DNA from: an uncultured Planctomycetaceae bacterium
GTDB lineage: Bacteria; Planctomycetota; Planctomycetia; Planctomycetales; Planctomycetaceae
Direction of reading: 5' to 3'
DNA length: 64,000 nucleotides
NCBI GenBank assembly: GCA_963815195.1
Contig: CAWFGE010000022.1
Coordinates: 128,001 to 192,000, forward strand
Shown one piece after another: positions 21,110 to 30,752 of this stretch. Each line of letters opens with the position of its first letter. Within the stretch, counting starts at the first letter, position 1. Both the position numbers and the translations under genes were made by a program. Under the pieces are notes generated by a model that was given only the letters and a program-made list of their open reading frames with translations, made no database searches and was not told where the DNA came from.

Positions 21110-22455
21110 GCGAGGATCTCTTGGATGGGTTTGGCTTCGGGGTCGGCGATGCGGATCGGCCGGCCGATGTTGGACATGTTTTGTTTCATGGGATCGATGC
21201 CCAGAGATTTGCAGACGGTCGCCAAGAGATCGGGCACGTTCACCGGGCGGTCTTCGACGGACATGCCGCTCGCATTGGTTTTGCCCACGACCTGGCCGCC
21301 TTGGATGCCGCCGCCCGAAAGCACGGTCGTCCACGCGGCGGGGAAGTGGTCCCGGCCTTTGGAGCCATTGATGTTCGGGGTGCGGCCGAACTCGCCCATC
21401 CACACGATCAACGTGGAGTCGAGCAGTCCGCGGTCCTTGAGGTCTTTGATCAAAGTCCCCCAAGCCGGGTCCAACACGCCGGAGAGGGCTTTGACCTGCT
21501 CGAAGTTGTTGGAGTGGGTGTCCCAGCCAAACCCTTGCCGGCCGTCCACGCTGTTGAGGGACACCTCGATAAACGGCACGCCGCGCTCGACCAGCCGGCG
21601 GGCGAGCAAACACGATTGCCCGAACAGGTTCTTGCCGTATTCCTCGCGGAGTTTGGCGGGTTCCTCATCGAGCTCGAAGGCTTTGACAGCTTCGGATCGC
21701 ATCATCCGCACGGCTTGCTGGTAGGCGGTTTGATGACTTTGCGTGATCAAACCGGGCCGGGCCTCCCCGAAGCCGGCTTCCATTTCGGCAAGCATCTGCA
21801 GCCGCGCATCGGCTTGGGCGGATTGGACGCCTTCGGGCCGCTGCATGTTTTCGACCTGGAGGTTCTTGTCGTAATCCTTCCCCGCCTGCTGGCCGAAGCG
21901 GTATTCGCCAATGACCAAAGGCGCAAACTGCGGACCCAAAAAGCCCGGCCCATATGCCGCGGGGCTGAAGACCCGAAACGGCGAGATGCTCACAAAGTTG
22001 GGGAGTTCCGACGTCGTTTCGCCGAGTTCGTGGCTGATGAGCGAACCGATCGACGGGTAATGCACCGGCCCCTGCGGGCGGTAGCCGGTGCGGAGGTAAA
22101 ACGTGGCCCGCTCGTGGTCGCCTTCCTTCGATGTCATCGAGCGGATCGGCACGATGTGCTCCATCTGTTTCGCGAGCGTCGGCAGGTGCTCGCTGATCTC
22201 GATCCCAGGCACCGATGTCTGGATGGGTTTGAACTCCCCGCCGTTGGCGTGGTCGGGCTTCATGTCGAAGGTGTCGGTCTGCGTCGGCCCGCCGGTCATC
22301 CACAGCAAAATACACGACCGCTTGCGATCTTTATTCTTCGCCACATCGGCCGCGAGCGTTTCCAACCACCCGGACATCGATCCCAGCGTCACCCCGGCCG
22401 CCGACATCTTGAGCCACTCCCGCCGACTTAATCGATTCTCATAAAACCGGGACAT
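21106..22455 (-). CDS. DUF1501 protein (Tat signal)
   Basis: SRREWLK, LWMTGGPTQTDTFDMKP, WDTH, GEFGRTP, GRDH. Confidence 0.93.
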   Translation of the reverse strand: MSRFYENRLSRREWLKMSAAGVTLGSMSGWLETLAADVAKNKDRKRSCILLWMTGGPTQTDTFDMKPDHANGGEFKPIQTSVPGIEISEHLPTLAKQMEHIVPIRSMTSKEGDHERATFYLRTGYRPQGPVHYPSIGSLISHELGETTSELPNFVSISPFRVFSPAAYGPGFLGPQFAPLVIGEYRFGQQAGKDYDKNLQVENMQRPEGVQSAQADARLQMLAEMEAGFGEARPGLITQSHQTAYQQAVRMMRSEAVKAFELDEEPAKLREEYGKNLFGQSCLLARRLVERGVPFIEVSLNSVDGRQGFGWDTHSNNFEQVKALSGVLDPAWGTLIKDLKDRGLLDSTLIVWMGEFGRTPNINGSKGRDHFPAAWTTVLSGGGIQGGQVVGKTNASGMSVEDRPVNVPDLLATVCKSLGIDPMKQNMSNIGRPIRIADPEAKPIQEILA

Positions 22456-22473
22456 GATGTTCTCCTTGAAAAA

Positions 22474-22609
22474 AGGCGAGCGGGGGGTGTCAGCCCCCTG
22501 GTAACTAGCAAATTTGAACACGTGAGATTGACGAGTTTATCTATCAACACGTTTGTGTAGCCTGTGAAACATTCAACGTAACCGGGGGGCTGACACCCCC
22601 CGCTCGCCT
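22474..22609. repeat. inverted pair of REP-like family B
   Basis: AGGCGAGCGGGGGGTGTCAGCCCCCTGGT ... ACCGGGGGGCTGACACCCCCCGCTCGCCT. Confidence 0.8.
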
Positions 22610-22613
22610 GCTG

Positions 22614-24260
22614 TCAATGATTAAACAAAAACTCGCTCGTATTCAGCAGGACCCAGAACACGTCCGCCAACGCTTTTTTGGAATCGTGCTGCGGGCCGCC
22701 GGTTTTGATGTGGTTCGCGAAGCGGCTCTGTTCCTCGGGCGTGGGCTTGCGGGTTAAGGCGGCGAGGAACAATGTTTCCACCTGGTCCTCCGCGGTGAGG
22801 CCCGGGAACTCGGCGACCGCGGCTAAGGTGTTGCTGCCCTCCAGCTTCGTCGCGTCGGCGACCGTTTCGCCGTTCATGAGTGCGAGGGCCTGGAGCACCG
22901 TGGTTTGGCGTTCGATCTGGTTGGGGTTCTCGTCCGAGAATCGTTCGAGGAACTTGCCCTTGTCAGAGTTCTGTTGAAAACTGATGTCATAGGCTTCGCG
23001 GGGATTGAACTCCTGCTGCATGCCCACGGCTTGGGCGAGGTTGTCGAAAATCTGCTCGGCGGAAAGGCCTTTGACCTGCATGCGGGCGAAGTGGTAAGGC
23101 TCGGACGGCGAACCGCCCCGGCTGGCCCTTTGGTAGGCATCGCTCGCGGCGATGGCTTTGATGAAGAACTTCAAATCGAAGTTGTGGGCTTGCATCTCGC
23201 GGGCGAGCTGGTCCAACAGTTCGGGATGCGACGGCGGGTTATTTTCGCTGAAATCATCCACCGGTGAAACGAAGCCGCGCCCGAAGAAATGATCCCACAG
23301 CCGATTGACGGCCATGCGGGCGAAGTAGGGGTTGTCTTGGTCGGTGACCCAGCGGGCCAACGCTTCGCGGGAGCTGTCGCCCAGCCGCATGCGCGGTTTC
23401 GTGCCGTCCAAAAACGAGGGAGAGACGACTTCCTTGGTGTCGGGGATCGTCAGAGTTCGGCGGGTGAAGAACTCCGCGATCGCCCCGGTCGCTCCGCCCC
23501 GGTTGGGCCGGCGTTCGAGGCCCGCAAAGAACGTCGCGAACTGCCAGAATTCCTTCTGCTGCCAATGGTCGAACGGGTGATTGTGGCATTGGGCGCATTC
23601 GAGCCGAACGCCCAAGAACATCCGCGACGTGCTGGCTCCGAGGTTTTCGGGCTTGATTTGTTTGGACTGATAAAAGGCAGTCGGGCTGACCGATTGGCCG
23701 TCAATCGGGGCCGTGAGCAGTTGATAAACCAACCGGTCGTAAGGCGTGTTGTCGCCGAGCTTTTCGCGGAGCCAGGCTTCAAAACCCGGGACTTGGAATC
23801 GGGTTCCAAAGTCGGTCGCGGCTTCGGGCATCAGCACGCTCCGCCAATACCTCGCGAAGTGCGTGACATAGCCCGCATCGTTCAACAGCCGCTGGACGAG
23901 CCGGCGGCGTTTGTCGGGCGAGTCGTCGTTCAGAAACGTCCGCGCCTCGGCGACCGTGGGAATCCGCCCCGCAATGTCCAAGAACGCCCGCCGCAGGAAT
24001 TCCGCATCATCCGCCAAGGGCGCGGGGGCGATGTTCTCTTCGTCCAGGCGAAGGTTGATGGAGTGATCGATCAACGCCGCCACGCGGGCCACCGGATCCT
24101 GAGGCTTCTCCGCGACGGCGGCTTCGTCCGCGGCGAGTGGCGCGGCGGTCAACAAACCCAAAACCAAAAGGAGGGTGGGCACCGCCCACCACCCAGCAAG
24201 AGACACGGGCGGATTGGTGGGCGATGCCCACCCGACGGAGTTTCGAGGGGAAATGATCAC
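22614..24260 (-). CDS. DUF1549/DUF1553 protein
   Basis: DDAEFLRRAFLDIAGRIP, CAQCHNHP, NPYFAR, NPPSHPELLD, SEFLFNH. Confidence 0.93.
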   Translation of the reverse strand: MIISPRNSVGWASPTNPPVSLAGWWAVPTLLLVLGLLTAAPLAADEAAVAEKPQDPVARVAALIDHSINLRLDEENIAPAPLADDAEFLRRAFLDIAGRIPTVAEARTFLNDDSPDKRRRLVQRLLNDAGYVTHFARYWRSVLMPEAATDFGTRFQVPGFEAWLREKLGDNTPYDRLVYQLLTAPIDGQSVSPTAFYQSKQIKPENLGASTSRMFLGVRLECAQCHNHPFDHWQQKEFWQFATFFAGLERRPNRGGATGAIAEFFTRRTLTIPDTKEVVSPSFLDGTKPRMRLGDSSREALARWVTDQDNPYFARMAVNRLWDHFFGRGFVSPVDDFSENNPPSHPELLDQLAREMQAHNFDLKFFIKAIAASDAYQRASRGGSPSEPYHFARMQVKGLSAEQIFDNLAQAVGMQQEFNPREAYDISFQQNSDKGKFLERFSDENPNQIERQTTVLQALALMNGETVADATKLEGSNTLAAVAEFPGLTAEDQVETLFLAALTRKPTPEEQSRFANHIKTGGPQHDSKKALADVFWVLLNTSEFLFNH

Positions 24261-26245
24261 GGCGTCTCCTTGGGTGGTTTTTCGGCCGAAGCGGGATGAT
24301 TGAGCCAGGCTTCTACGGTGTGGGCGAGAGAATTTTCGCCCGCGGATAATTTCCAGATTTCGACGAACTCGTTGCCGTCGGCGGCGAACAGCAAACTTCC
24401 ATCGCGGCTGAAGGCGACGGCGAACACGTCATCGGTGCCTCCCAGTCGGCGTTCGATTTCCCGCCGATCCAAGTTCCAAATGTTGACGTTCCCGGTCTGA
24501 AGCCCGGCCGCGAGAAGATTGCCGTCGGCGGAACACGCCACCGGCCGCGCGGCGAGGCCGTTGCGGAGGGTGAGCGATTCCCGGAGGCCGTTGACGTCGT
24601 ACATTTGCAGAATGCCATCTTGCGACAGAGAACACAACCGCGAGCCGCCGGGCGTGAACGTCAGCGAGCGCACCGCGTGGGTGTGGTTGTCGAACTGGGC
24701 CAGCTTCGTGCCGTCGGCGGCATCGTGAATCACCACCCGCCCCGGTGTGCGTTCGGTCCATTCGCCGCTGCACGAAGCGAGCTTGGTGCCGTCGGGCGAG
24801 AAGATCACATCGTACACCGGCAACCCATGCTCGCTAAGTTTGCGGACGGGTTTGCCGTCGGGCAATGAGAACACATCGAGGGCCGGATGCCTCGAGTAGC
24901 CCACGGCCAACTGTTTGCCGTCGGGCGAGATCGCCAGGCAGCGGAGATTATCCGCCAATTCCAGCGTCGAGGAGACTTTGCCGGTGTCGGCGTTCCAGAT
25001 CGTGATGTTTTTGCTGCGCCAACTCGCGACGGCGAGGAGTTTGCCGTCCGGCGAATATTCCAGGCAATCCGCGGTGGAATCGAAGCCTTCCAGAACCCGG
25101 CTCTGTTGCCCGGTCGAGAGATCCCAAAGTTCCACAAACCCACCCTGCCCGCCGACGGCGAGCGTGCGGCCGACCGGCGACAGCGACAGCGACCAGACTT
25201 TGCCCGCCGGGATCGGGAGCCTGGCAAACAGCGGTTCCAATGGCAATCGCGCGGTCCAGGCTTGAATGCTGCCATCGAGGCCGGCGGTGTAGAGCGTTTT
25301 GTCGTCGGCCGAGACCGCGAGGCCCATCAGCATGTCTTCGTGCCCGTTGAGATTTTGCAGCCGTTTCCCGTCAGCAACCGACCAGGTCTTGACCCGGCCG
25401 CCCCGCGTGCCCGCCAGCACCGACAAGCCGTCCGGCGAGAACGTCGCCGTTTGCGGCCGGGTTTCCGGTTCGTCCGGGCCGACGATGGTGAAAGACTGCT
25501 CGGCCTTCTGGGTCTTCCGATCCCAGATTTGAACTTTGCCTTCTTCGGGAACGGTCAGGAGTTTTTTCCCGTCCGGCGAGAAGGCCACCGCTTGGATGCG
25601 ATCTGTTTGCGCGGGCAGAAGTTCCTGATGCTCGCCGGTCTTCACGTTCCAGGACCTCACCGTGCCATCGTCGCCCGAAGACGCGAGCGTTTCGCCGTCC
25701 GGCGAGAACGCGAGCGTCCGCACGGTCCCGGCGTGGCCTTCCCAGCGGGCTTTTTGCACGCCCGTTTTCGCGTCCCAGAGGCGGATCGTGCAATCGTAAC
25801 CCGCGGAAGCGAGCGAGGAGCCCGCGGGCGAAAACGCGAGCGAGGTGATCCAGTTCGTATGCCCGCTGAGCGTGAATTGCAGCCGACCCGAAGGCAGATG
25901 CCACAACCGAACTTGGCCGTCGAACCCGGCACTCGCGAGAAAGTCGCCCGACGGGGCAAACGTCACGGCGGACACATTTCCGTCATGTCCGGACAAGACC
26001 TGCTCGATTTTTTGGGTGATGGTGTTTCGCAGGAGAACCCGCCCGTCATCCGTGCCCGCGGCGAGGAGTTTTCCGTTCGGGGACACCGCCAGCGACCACA
26101 AGCCCGGCCCCGACCGCGCGAGGGCCTTGGGAGCGGGTTCGTATTCCACCGGGCTCGCGTCGTCGGCCAACACGCGAGCCGCCCCGCTCAAACAACACAC
26201 CCACCCCAACAAGAGAAAACCAGTGGCGGCGGCAAACCGGGCCAT
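24257..26245 (-). CDS. secreted WD40-repeat protein
   Basis: many GH...AFSPDG...WD repeats; signal peptide. Confidence 0.92.
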   Translation of the reverse strand: MARFAAATGFLLLGWVCCLSGAARVLADDASPVEYEPAPKALARSGPGLWSLAVSPNGKLLAAGTDDGRVLLRNTITQKIEQVLSGHDGNVSAVTFAPSGDFLASAGFDGQVRLWHLPSGRLQFTLSGHTNWITSLAFSPAGSSLASAGYDCTIRLWDAKTGVQKARWEGHAGTVRTLAFSPDGETLASSGDDGTVRSWNVKTGEHQELLPAQTDRIQAVAFSPDGKKLLTVPEEGKVQIWDRKTQKAEQSFTIVGPDEPETRPQTATFSPDGLSVLAGTRGGRVKTWSVADGKRLQNLNGHEDMLMGLAVSADDKTLYTAGLDGSIQAWTARLPLEPLFARLPIPAGKVWSLSLSPVGRTLAVGGQGGFVELWDLSTGQQSRVLEGFDSTADCLEYSPDGKLLAVASWRSKNITIWNADTGKVSSTLELADNLRCLAISPDGKQLAVGYSRHPALDVFSLPDGKPVRKLSEHGLPVYDVIFSPDGTKLASCSGEWTERTPGRVVIHDAADGTKLAQFDNHTHAVRSLTFTPGGSRLCSLSQDGILQMYDVNGLRESLTLRNGLAARPVACSADGNLLAAGLQTGNVNIWNLDRREIERRLGGTDDVFAVAFSRDGSLLFAADGNEFVEIWKLSAGENSLAHTVEAWLNHPASAEKPPKETP

Positions 26246-26702
26246 TCCGAAGTTTCCTTAAAGCAGTGGTGTCGAACGACGGGAAGGGAACTCTGATAGA
26301 GTGATTCGCCCGAGACGCGAATTTGTTTACGAAAAAACCAAATCTTGCGGAATTTGCTCTCAGTCGGTTACCGTTTCCAGGGAATCCGGCGAGCCGGGGA
26401 TCCCGCGTCTTGCGTTCCCTGGTCTCTGACCTCCGAAAGGTTATACTCGAACATCAAGGGATTGGTTTTAGACAAATTGTCTTTCTTCCCCCTATCTCAC
26501 CCGGAATACGGCGAGAATTCAAGAACGGATCTCCCGCTTTTTTGGAATTGGGGCAATTTGTGGTTTTGACCCAATGGCGGGCAGTGGGCGGGGATGCCAA
26601 CAGGAATCCATTTGGCGGAAAGAGTGTGAGGCAGGACCGAGTTCCGAAACAGGAGGCGGATCTCAGGCGGGAGGCCGAAAGGAAATCAGCGGGATTCGCC
26701 GC

Positions 26703-26807
26703 TCAAAGATGCGGCTCGCGAGTCGCCATGTAAAAGAACATCGCCCCGCTGAAAAGGGACAACGAATAAATGGTGAGCATTTCCGGATCGAAGAAATGAG
26801 ACAACAT
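26703..26807 (-). CDS. putative 34-aa small membrane protein
   Basis: GGGAGGAAGAGTTAAT-ATG; MLSHFFDPEMLTIYSLSLFSGAMFFYMATREPHL; downstream of a sigma54-type promoter. Confidence 0.5.
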   Translation of the reverse strand: MLSHFFDPEMLTIYSLSLFSGAMFFYMATREPHL

Positions 26808-26918
26808 ATTAACTCTTCCTCCCTGAATCTGAATGAATGACAACTGGCCATTCGGATATACGACGGCTGGCCGGCGGGTTTTCATCCGATTCAAAAAAAT
26901 TTCGCCCCGAGCAGCGAA

Positions 26919-26935
26919 CGCAATTCGGATGCCAA
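26919..26935 (-). promoter_or_regulatory. putative sigma54 -24/-12 promoter
   Basis: TTGGCATCCGAATTGCG (GG-N10-GC). Confidence 0.6.
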
Positions 26936-27061
26936 ACCTGAGTGAACAACCTTAAGTATCTTAGATATAGTGACTTACGAAGATTCCCATAAAGAAACGC
27001 CCTGCCAAATTCCTTGAAATCGGCAGCGGATTGATTGATGAACCTCCAAACTGGCAGAACA

Positions 27062-27874
27062 ATGCGCAACTTCTTGAGATTCACTCCGACTGGAATGATT
27101 TGCCTGACCGTACTATGTTTTGCGACCGTGGCTTCCGCGGGCGAAGGCACAGAGAAAACCGAATGGGGCACGCTCACCGGGCGGTTTGTGTACGACGGCG
27201 TTCCGCCGAAGCGTGAACCGGTGGAACTCAACAAGGACCTGGAGTTCTGCGGGCCGCTTAAGCCTTTGGACGAGGAATTGATCGTGGACCCCAAATCGCG
27301 GGGCGTTAAAAACGTCGTGCTCTGGCTGGAGCCGAAATCCGATCAGAAGCCGCCGGTGCATCCGGATTATCAAAAGTCGGCGGATGACAAGGTCCGGCTG
27401 GACAATGCCGAGTGCCGATTCGATCCGCACATCTGCGTGCTGCGGACTTCGCAGACGCTCATCATCGGCAACAAGGACAAGATCAACCACCAGGCGGCGG
27501 TGTTCTTCTTTGGCAACGATCCCTTCAACGAAAGCATCCCGCCCGGACAGACGGTGGAAAAGAAACTCACCAAGTCCGAAAGCCTGCCCGCCAAAGTCGC
27601 CTGCCCGATTCACGCCTGGATGTCGGGGTACATCATCGTCAAGGATCAACCCTACGTGGCCGTCACCGATCAGGAAGGGAAATTCGAACTCAAAAACTTG
27701 CCGGTGGGAGAATGGACAATCCGCGTCTGGCACGAAAAACCGGGCTACATCAAACAGGCCACGGTCTCGGGCGAACAAAAAACCTGGACCGCCGGCCGCG
27801 TCAGTGTTTCCATACAGCCTGGCATCAACGCCTGGGGCGACATCCAATTGTCCCCGGCGCTGTTCAAGAAATAA
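27062..27874 (+). CDS. secreted cupredoxin-like / carboxypeptidase-regulatory-like protein
   Basis: signal peptide, GVKNVVLW, CRFDPH, CPIHAWM, WHE. Confidence 0.7.
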   Translation: MRNFLRFTPTGMICLTVLCFATVASAGEGTEKTEWGTLTGRFVYDGVPPKREPVELNKDLEFCGPLKPLDEELIVDPKSRGVKNVVLWLEPKSDQKPPVHPDYQKSADDKVRLDNAECRFDPHICVLRTSQTLIIGNKDKINHQAAVFFFGNDPFNESIPPGQTVEKKLTKSESLPAKVACPIHAWMSGYIIVKDQPYVAVTDQEGKFELKNLPVGEWTIRVWHEKPGYIKQATVSGEQKTWTAGRVSVSIQPGINAWGDIQLSPALFKK

Positions 27875-28068
27875 ATTGGCGCGTGTGTGCGTGAACTTGT
27901 TTTGCCCCGTTGGGGCAAGAGGATATAAATGAGCCCATCCGGTTCGGGAAGATCCTTCCGAAAATCCGATTCACCGGACAGAGCCGCGTAAAGTTTAGCG
28001 AGTCGCACTCCCCTCTTCGACAACGTTGTTCTTGTTTTTCGATTCTATTACCGAGAAAGATTGACACC

Positions 28069-29247
28069 ATGAGAATGACTGCCAGTTTGTTGTTTATTGC
28101 AACCTCTTTCTTCGCGGGCGAGGTTCAGGGGGCGGTGGATGAATCGCCGCTGCCGTTTAAGACCGTGGGCGCGTTTCCCGAGTTGCGGTTCGATCGGCCG
28201 ATCGTCGTCACCGCGCCCCAAGACGGCACGAACCGCCTGTTCGTCGCCGGCCAGAAGGGCCACATCCACGTGTTTCCCAACGATCAATCGGTCGAAGAAG
28301 CCCCCCTGTTTCTCGATATCACCTCCAAGGTGGTTTACAAGGACAAAGAAAACGAAGAGGGGCTGTTGGGCTTTGCGTTTCATCCGGACTACAAACAAAA
28401 CGGCGAGTTCTATATCTATTACACCACGACCGATGCACCGCACACTTCGGTGATTTCGCGGTTCCGCGTGTCGAAGGACGATCCCAACAAAGCCGACGCC
28501 GACTTCGAAGAAGAGGTGATGCGGATCAAGCAGCCCTTCTGGAACCACAACGGCGGCACGATCGAGTTCGGTCCCGACGGCTATCTCTATGTGGGCTTAG
28601 GCGACGGCGGCAAGGCGAACGATCCCTTCAAGAACGGCCAGAACCTGGAAACGTTGTTGGGGTCCATCCTGCGGATCGACGTGGATCACAAAGATCCCGG
28701 CAAAGGCTACGCCATCCCCAAAGACAACCCGTTCGTGGGCAAGAAAAACGCCCGCCCGGAAATCTGGGCCTATGGTCTTCGCAACGTGTGGCGGCTGTCG
28801 TTCGACCGCAAGACCGGCACGCTCTGGGCCGGCGATGTCGGACAGGATCTCTGGGAAGAAATCGACATCATCAAAAAAGGCGGCAACTACGGCTGGAACG
28901 TCCGCGAAGCTTTGCATCCCTTCCCGCCCGGCAGCCGATCCTCCAAGGACGGGTTTATCGATCCCATCTGGGAATACCACCACACCATCGGCAAATCGAT
29001 CACGGGCGGCCTGGTCTATCGCGGCAAGAAGTATCCGAAGCTCCAGGGCTACTACATCTACGGCGATTACGTCAGCGGCAAGATCTGGGGCCTCAAGTAT
29101 GACGAGAAGACCAAAGCCGTGACCGCCAACCGCCCCATCGCCAGCAATAAACTGCCGGTGATGTCCTTCGGCGAAGACGCGAACGGGGAAATCTACCTCA
29201 CCAACCAGTTCGGCGTCCTGTTCACCCTCGCCCCGGCGGATGAGTAA
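28069..29247 (+). CDS. glucose/sorbosone (PQQ-type) dehydrogenase family protein
   Basis: EEGLLGFAFHP, NHNGG, FGPDGYLY, YGLRNVWR, GGNYGW. Confidence 0.9.
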   Translation: MRMTASLLFIATSFFAGEVQGAVDESPLPFKTVGAFPELRFDRPIVVTAPQDGTNRLFVAGQKGHIHVFPNDQSVEEAPLFLDITSKVVYKDKENEEGLLGFAFHPDYKQNGEFYIYYTTTDAPHTSVISRFRVSKDDPNKADADFEEEVMRIKQPFWNHNGGTIEFGPDGYLYVGLGDGGKANDPFKNGQNLETLLGSILRIDVDHKDPGKGYAIPKDNPFVGKKNARPEIWAYGLRNVWRLSFDRKTGTLWAGDVGQDLWEEIDIIKKGGNYGWNVREALHPFPPGSRSSKDGFIDPIWEYHHTIGKSITGGLVYRGKKYPKLQGYYIYGDYVSGKIWGLKYDEKTKAVTANRPIASNKLPVMSFGEDANGEIYLTNQFGVLFTLAPADE

Positions 29248-29353
29248 TGGCGGGTGGTTAACGTTGGCATCCGGGTTCGCGGGGTGGTACAACGGTGTTG
29301 GTTTCTTGGGAAGCCGACGCCGTTTTTCTTTTTGCACTTCGGAGGGTTTTCGC

Positions 29354-30691
29354 ATGCTCAATCGACGACATTTTCTCAAGACTTCGACCACCGCGCTTGC
29401 GGCCGCGACCTTCGCGGCCCCGGCGTTTGTGCGGGGGCAGAACCTCAACTCCAAGCTGCAAATGGCCGGCATCGGCTGCGACGGCAAAGGCTGGTCGGAC
29501 ATCAGCGAGATGGCGAGCCACCGGGGCGTGCAGCACGTCGCGTTTTGCGACATCGACACCGCCCGGATGGAGAAGGTGCAAAAGCTCGCCCCCGATGCGC
29601 CCAGGTTTCAGGATTACCGCGAGATGCTCGCGAAGTTGGGCGACAAGATCGACGCCGTCACCGTCTCCACGCCCGACCACATGCACGCTTTCATCACGCT
29701 CGACGCCCTCCGCGCCGGCAAGCACGTTTATTGCCAAAAACCGCTGACCCACAACGTCGTCGAAGCGCGGCAAGTCCGGCTGCAAGCCGGCAAGTCGGGC
29801 CGCATCACCCGGCTCGGGAATCAAATCCATTCGCACACCTTCTACCGCACGGCGGTGCGGGAAATCCAGAACGGGACCATCGGCAAAGTGAAGCAGGTGC
29901 ATTCCTGGTGTGCCGCGACCGGCCACGGAAAATCCTTCCACATCTCCCGCCCCACGCATCCGCCCGCCGTCCCGAGTTCCGTCGATTGGAACCTGTGGAT
30001 CGGCGTCGCGCCCATGCGGCCTTACGGCGGCGATAAGGTGTACCATCCCTGGGGCTGGCGGGATTGGCAGGACTTCGGCAACGGCGCTTTGGGCGACTTC
30101 GGCTGCCATATTCTCGATCCCGTATTCACCGCGCTCGAAATCACCGAAGCCCCGACCGAGTTCACCGCCGACCACACCGGCATGAACGATGAAGTCTGGC
30201 CCGCCCAGACCACGGTGAAGTACCAGTTCCCCGGCACGAAGTACACGACGGGCAAAGCGCTTCCGATCACCTGGTACGACGGCGGATTGCTCCCGAGCGT
30301 CGGCGGCTCGCACGTCCCGGCGACGACGGCCCTCCCGCGGAGCGGTTCGCTGTTCATCGGCGACGAAGGCAGCCTCGTCCTGCCCCACATCGGATCGCCC
30401 AGGCTTTATCCCGAAAAGAAATTCGCCGATTACGAAGTCAAACCCGCCGAGAATCTGAACCATTACCACGGCTGGGTGGATGGCTGCCTCAGCGGCAAGC
30501 AGCCCAGCGACGGTTTCGAATACGGCGGCAAGCTGACCGAAGCGGTGCTGTTAGGGAACATCGCCGTCCGCTACCGCACGCAAAAGCTCACCTGGAACGC
30601 CGAGGACATGCAGATCACCAACCTCCCCGAAGCCAACCACTGGCTCACCCGAAACTATCGCGAAGGCTGGGAAATCGCCCCGGTGGCGTGA
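29354..30691 (+). CDS. Gfo/Idh/MocA oxidoreductase (Tat signal)
   Basis: NRRHFLK, STPDHMH, HVYCQKP, GDFGCH. Confidence 0.92.
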   Translation: MLNRRHFLKTSTTALAAATFAAPAFVRGQNLNSKLQMAGIGCDGKGWSDISEMASHRGVQHVAFCDIDTARMEKVQKLAPDAPRFQDYREMLAKLGDKIDAVTVSTPDHMHAFITLDALRAGKHVYCQKPLTHNVVEARQVRLQAGKSGRITRLGNQIHSHTFYRTAVREIQNGTIGKVKQVHSWCAATGHGKSFHISRPTHPPAVPSSVDWNLWIGVAPMRPYGGDKVYHPWGWRDWQDFGNGALGDFGCHILDPVFTALEITEAPTEFTADHTGMNDEVWPAQTTVKYQFPGTKYTTGKALPITWYDGGLLPSVGGSHVPATTALPRSGSLFIGDEGSLVLPHIGSPRLYPEKKFADYEVKPAENLNHYHGWVDGCLSGKQPSDGFEYGGKLTEAVLLGNIAVRYRTQKLTWNAEDMQITNLPEANHWLTRNYREGWEIAPVA

Positions 30692-30752
30692 TGGGCCTTT
30701 GCGATCCTTTTCGTTGTGTTGAGTTCCAAGCCCAAAGGCCGCAAAGCACCGC

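Noticed and set aside
19268..21613. 781-aa ORF overlapping the DUF1501 gene
   Set aside because: The upstream extension is a shadow frame; the coupled ATG at 21109 is the plausible start.
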